DNA from: an uncultured Candidatus Saccharibacteria bacterium
GTDB taxonomy: Bacteria > Patescibacteriota > Minisyncoccia > UBA6257 > 1-14-0-10-40-38
Reading direction: 5' to 3'
Assembly: GCA_964543265.1 (NCBI GenBank)
Contig: CAZIWN010000002.1
Location: 29,554 to 93,553, forward strand
Length of the DNA stretch: 64,000 bases
The notes under the pieces are model-generated. The model was not told where the DNA came from, did not search any database, and saw only the letters and a list, made by a program, of their open reading frames with translations. This document shows, one piece after another, positions 61,726 through 64,000 of the stretch (positions are counted from its first letter, which is position 1; every line of letters begins with the position of its first letter). The position numbers were made by a program, and so were the translations under genes.

Positions 61726-62409
61726 TTATTGATTTGTATTTATTTTATCACCATTCAATAAACTTTCCTCTACTTTTTGAGCGCTTGCTTCATATATTAT
61801 TTCTCTTTCAATCACCCTTTCTGATCCAAAAAGCTTTTTAGCAGATACCTTAAGCGTATTAATTCCGGAATTAAGTTCTATTTTTTTAGAAAAACTACCA
61901 TCAGTATCAACTAAAACCTCTTCATTATCTATTAAAACTTTAGCTTCTGGATTTGTTTTGCCTAAAATCAAGAAAGTGCTAGTCGATATTGTTAAAGTGT
62001 CTTCTGGAAAATTCAATAAACTAAGTTCAACTGATTTAAGATGATTAAATGCCTGAATGCTGAAATATAAAATAATAAGCAAAGCCAAAGAAGACAGTGC
62101 TAAAAATTTAATATTTAATGTTTTAATCGCAAATCTATTTCTGGGAAGCTCGTCAGCCACCCCAGACCTCTTAAGCTGAAGGGTGTCTTTATAAAATCCC
62201 CAAAGTTCGTCAAACTCAATTCCTAAAAATTTAGCTAAAATAACTATATATCCCCTAACATAAGGAAGAGCTGGTAAATTTTTATATTCACCAGAAAAAA
62301 TAGCATCCAAAAATCTTGGAGAAATTCCTGTTTGAGATTTTAATCTCGCTAAATCAAGTCCTTTTTCTGAAAGCTTTTCGCTTAATAGCTCTTGAAGAGA
62401 CTTTTCCAT
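61726..62409 (-). CDS. RodZ-like protein (XRE-type HTH, TM, C-terminal Ig-like domain)
   Basis: TGIS.RFL.AI..G.Y..LP...YVRGYI...A.FLG; the ftsK-rodZ-recA order is a known neighbourhood. Confidence 0.8.
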   Translation of the reverse strand: MEKSLQELLSEKLSEKGLDLARLKSQTGISPRFLDAIFSGEYKNLPALPYVRGYIVILAKFLGIEFDELWGFYKDTLQLKRSGVADELPRNRFAIKTLNIKFLALSSLALLIILYFSIQAFNHLKSVELSLLNFPEDTLTISTSTFLILGKTNPEAKVLIDNEEVLVDTDGSFSKKIELNSGINTLKVSAKKLFGSERVIEREIIYEASAQKVEESLLNGDKINTNQ

Positions 62410-62421
62410 GATAACCCTAGT

Positions 62422-64000
62422 CTAAACCTCTTCATCCATAGGAATCAAGATTTCCCTTGGCTTTGCGCCGTCTCCGGGACCAATAACTCCTTTTTCCTCC
62501 ATAAGATCAATAAGTCTTGCGGCTCTAGCATAACCAACGCGAAGCCTTCTTTGAAGTAATGATGATGATGCCTTCTTCGCTTCTCTCACTATCTCTATCG
62601 CCTCTCTTAAAAGATCGTCATCGTCGCCATTTTCCATATACTTATCAAACATTTGATCATTTTTTGCTTCCCCATTTTCAAAACCACTCAGAACACCTGG
62701 AGCTTTTTCCTTAGTTACATCTTCTAGAATTTTCTCTAAGTGCTTTGTTTCTGGGGCAGTACCCTCTTCTTCTTGAGAGTTGTTATTTTTTAAGAAATTA
62801 GTCACCCCAACAATTTCTTCCTCTGTTATAAACGGCGCCTGAATTCTTTTTGGTTTTGAGTATTCTTGAGACAGCAGCAATAAGTCACCTCCTCCTAATA
62901 ATTTTTCGGCTCCGGCAGTATCTAAAATTGTCTTTGAATCGATTTGGCTTCCCACCTTCAAAGCTAATCTAGTAGTAATATTTGCCTTAATTAACCCAGT
63001 TACAACATCCACCGATGGTCTCTGAGTTGAAAGAAGTAGATGTATTCCTGTAGCTCTAGCCATCTGAGCCAACCTAACAATAGAACCCTCAACGTCTTTT
63101 CCATATCTAGCCATTAAATCGGCCATTTCATCTATAACTATCATTATATAAGGCAATTTCTCTTTAGCCTTAGCATTATAACTCTTTATATCCCTCGAAC
63201 CATTCTCTTGAAGTAATTGATAGCGCTTATCCATTTCATCTATCGCCCACCTAAAAACTCCCATAGATTTTTTTACATCTGTTATAACTGGAGCAACCAA
63301 ATGAGGAATTCCATCGTAGTGAGCCAACTCAACTCTTTTTGGATCTATTAAAATTAATTTCAGAGTTTGTGGCGAATTCTTATATAAAAGAGAAATTAAA
63401 ATACTATGAATTGAAATTGATTTTCCCGAGCCAGAGCTTCCAGCAATCATCATGTGTGGCATTTTTTCAATATTGGCGAATATCGGTTCTCCACTAACGT
63501 CCCTACCAGCAGGAAAAACTAATGGGTCAGCATCTATAAAATCCTTATAAGAAAGAAGATTGCCCAATCTTACAATAGCTGCGGTTTTATTTGGCACCTC
63601 AATTCCCACCAAAGACTTACCTGGAATTGGCGCCTCAATCCTTATTGGATGAGCGGCTAAAGCAAGGGCTATGTCTTGGTTTAATGAGGTTATTTTGGCA
63701 ATTTTAACTCCCTCTGCTGGTTTTAATGTATATCTGGTAACTTTTGGGCCAATATTAATTTCACCCATCTCTACAGGAATTCCAAAACTCTCCAAAGTTC
63801 TTTTTATTATATTAGCGCTACTTCTTAAATCTCCTGACGTAGGTTTCTCAACTGCGGTTTTTAAAAGAGACATTGGTGGAGCAACATACTCTTTCGCATT
63901 AGAGATAGCTGATTTTATATTTAAATTAACTTTTTCTTTAGATTCTGCAACAACGGGCTCAAACTCTTTCTCTTTTTTCTCTTTTTCTTTTTTATTTTCA
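62422..64000 (-). CDS. ftsK: DNA translocase FtsK/SpoIIIE (5' part outside window)
   Basis: IRIEAPIPGK, GSSGSGKS, IDPKRVEL, IDEMADLM, TQRPSVDV, gamma domain LQRRLRVGYARAARL; frame stays open from 63873 to the window edge. Confidence 0.96.
   Translation of the reverse strand, partial: ENKKEKEKKEKEFEPVVAESKEKVNLNIKSAISNAKEYVAPPMSLLKTAVEKPTSGDLRSSANIIKRTLESFGIPVEMGEINIGPKVTRYTLKPAEGVKIAKITSLNQDIALALAAHPIRIEAPIPGKSLVGIEVPNKTAAIVRLGNLLSYKDFIDADPLVFPAGRDVSGEPIFANIEKMPHMMIAGSSGSGKSISIHSILISLLYKNSPQTLKLILIDPKRVELAHYDGIPHLVAPVITDVKKSMGVFRWAIDEMDKRYQLLQENGSRDIKSYNAKAKEKLPYIMIVIDEMADLMARYGKDVEGSIVRLAQMARATGIHLLLSTQRPSVDVVTGLIKANITTRLALKVGSQIDSKTILDTAGAEKLLGGGDLLLLSQEYSKPKRIQAPFITEEEIVGVTNFLKNNNSQEEEGTAPETKHLEKILEDVTKEKAPGVLSGFENGEAKNDQMFDKYMENGDDDDLLREAIEIVREAKKASSSLLQRRLRVGYARAARLIDLMEEKGVIGPGDGAKPREILIPMDEEV

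Overview
AT-rich bacterial chromosomal window in the standard genetic code. Gene content and style point to a Patescibacteria (CPR), Parcubacteria-like organism: short AlaRS, stand-alone 5'-3' exonuclease, orphan VirB4/TraD-like ATPase, Cys-less cupredoxin, large PG-binding surface proteins and no clear Shine-Dalgarno sites. This taxonomy is an inference. Most genes are housekeeping and on the minus strand: rpsK(partial)-rpsM-rpmJ-infA, alaS, dnaG-rpoD, rpoB-rpoC-rpsF-ssb-rpsR, rodA-mltG, a 23S-5S rRNA unit with no linked 16S, clpB with a CIRCE, hppA, nusA, recA and ftsK(partial). There are two tRNAs, a glycosyltransferase/methyltransferase cluster next to an S-layer-like gene, and a 1406-aa Calx-beta surface protein. 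No CRISPR, prophage, integrase or transposase was seen. Three signals stand out. (1) A helical-bundle/winged-HTH gene (52963-53625) whose coding sequence and promoter carry about 11 copies of a 9-bp motif (TTGCCKTAT-like) in both orientations and two codon phases, just upstream of tandem DnaA-like boxes and the S-layer promoter. (2) A leader-peptide/antiterminator/terminator arrangement in the 23S rRNA leader that looks like ribosome-sensing attenuation of rRNA synthesis. (3) Many -10 boxes only 6-10 nt from start codons, suggesting leaderless mRNAs. All functional interpretations come from reading the sequence by eye and are untested.
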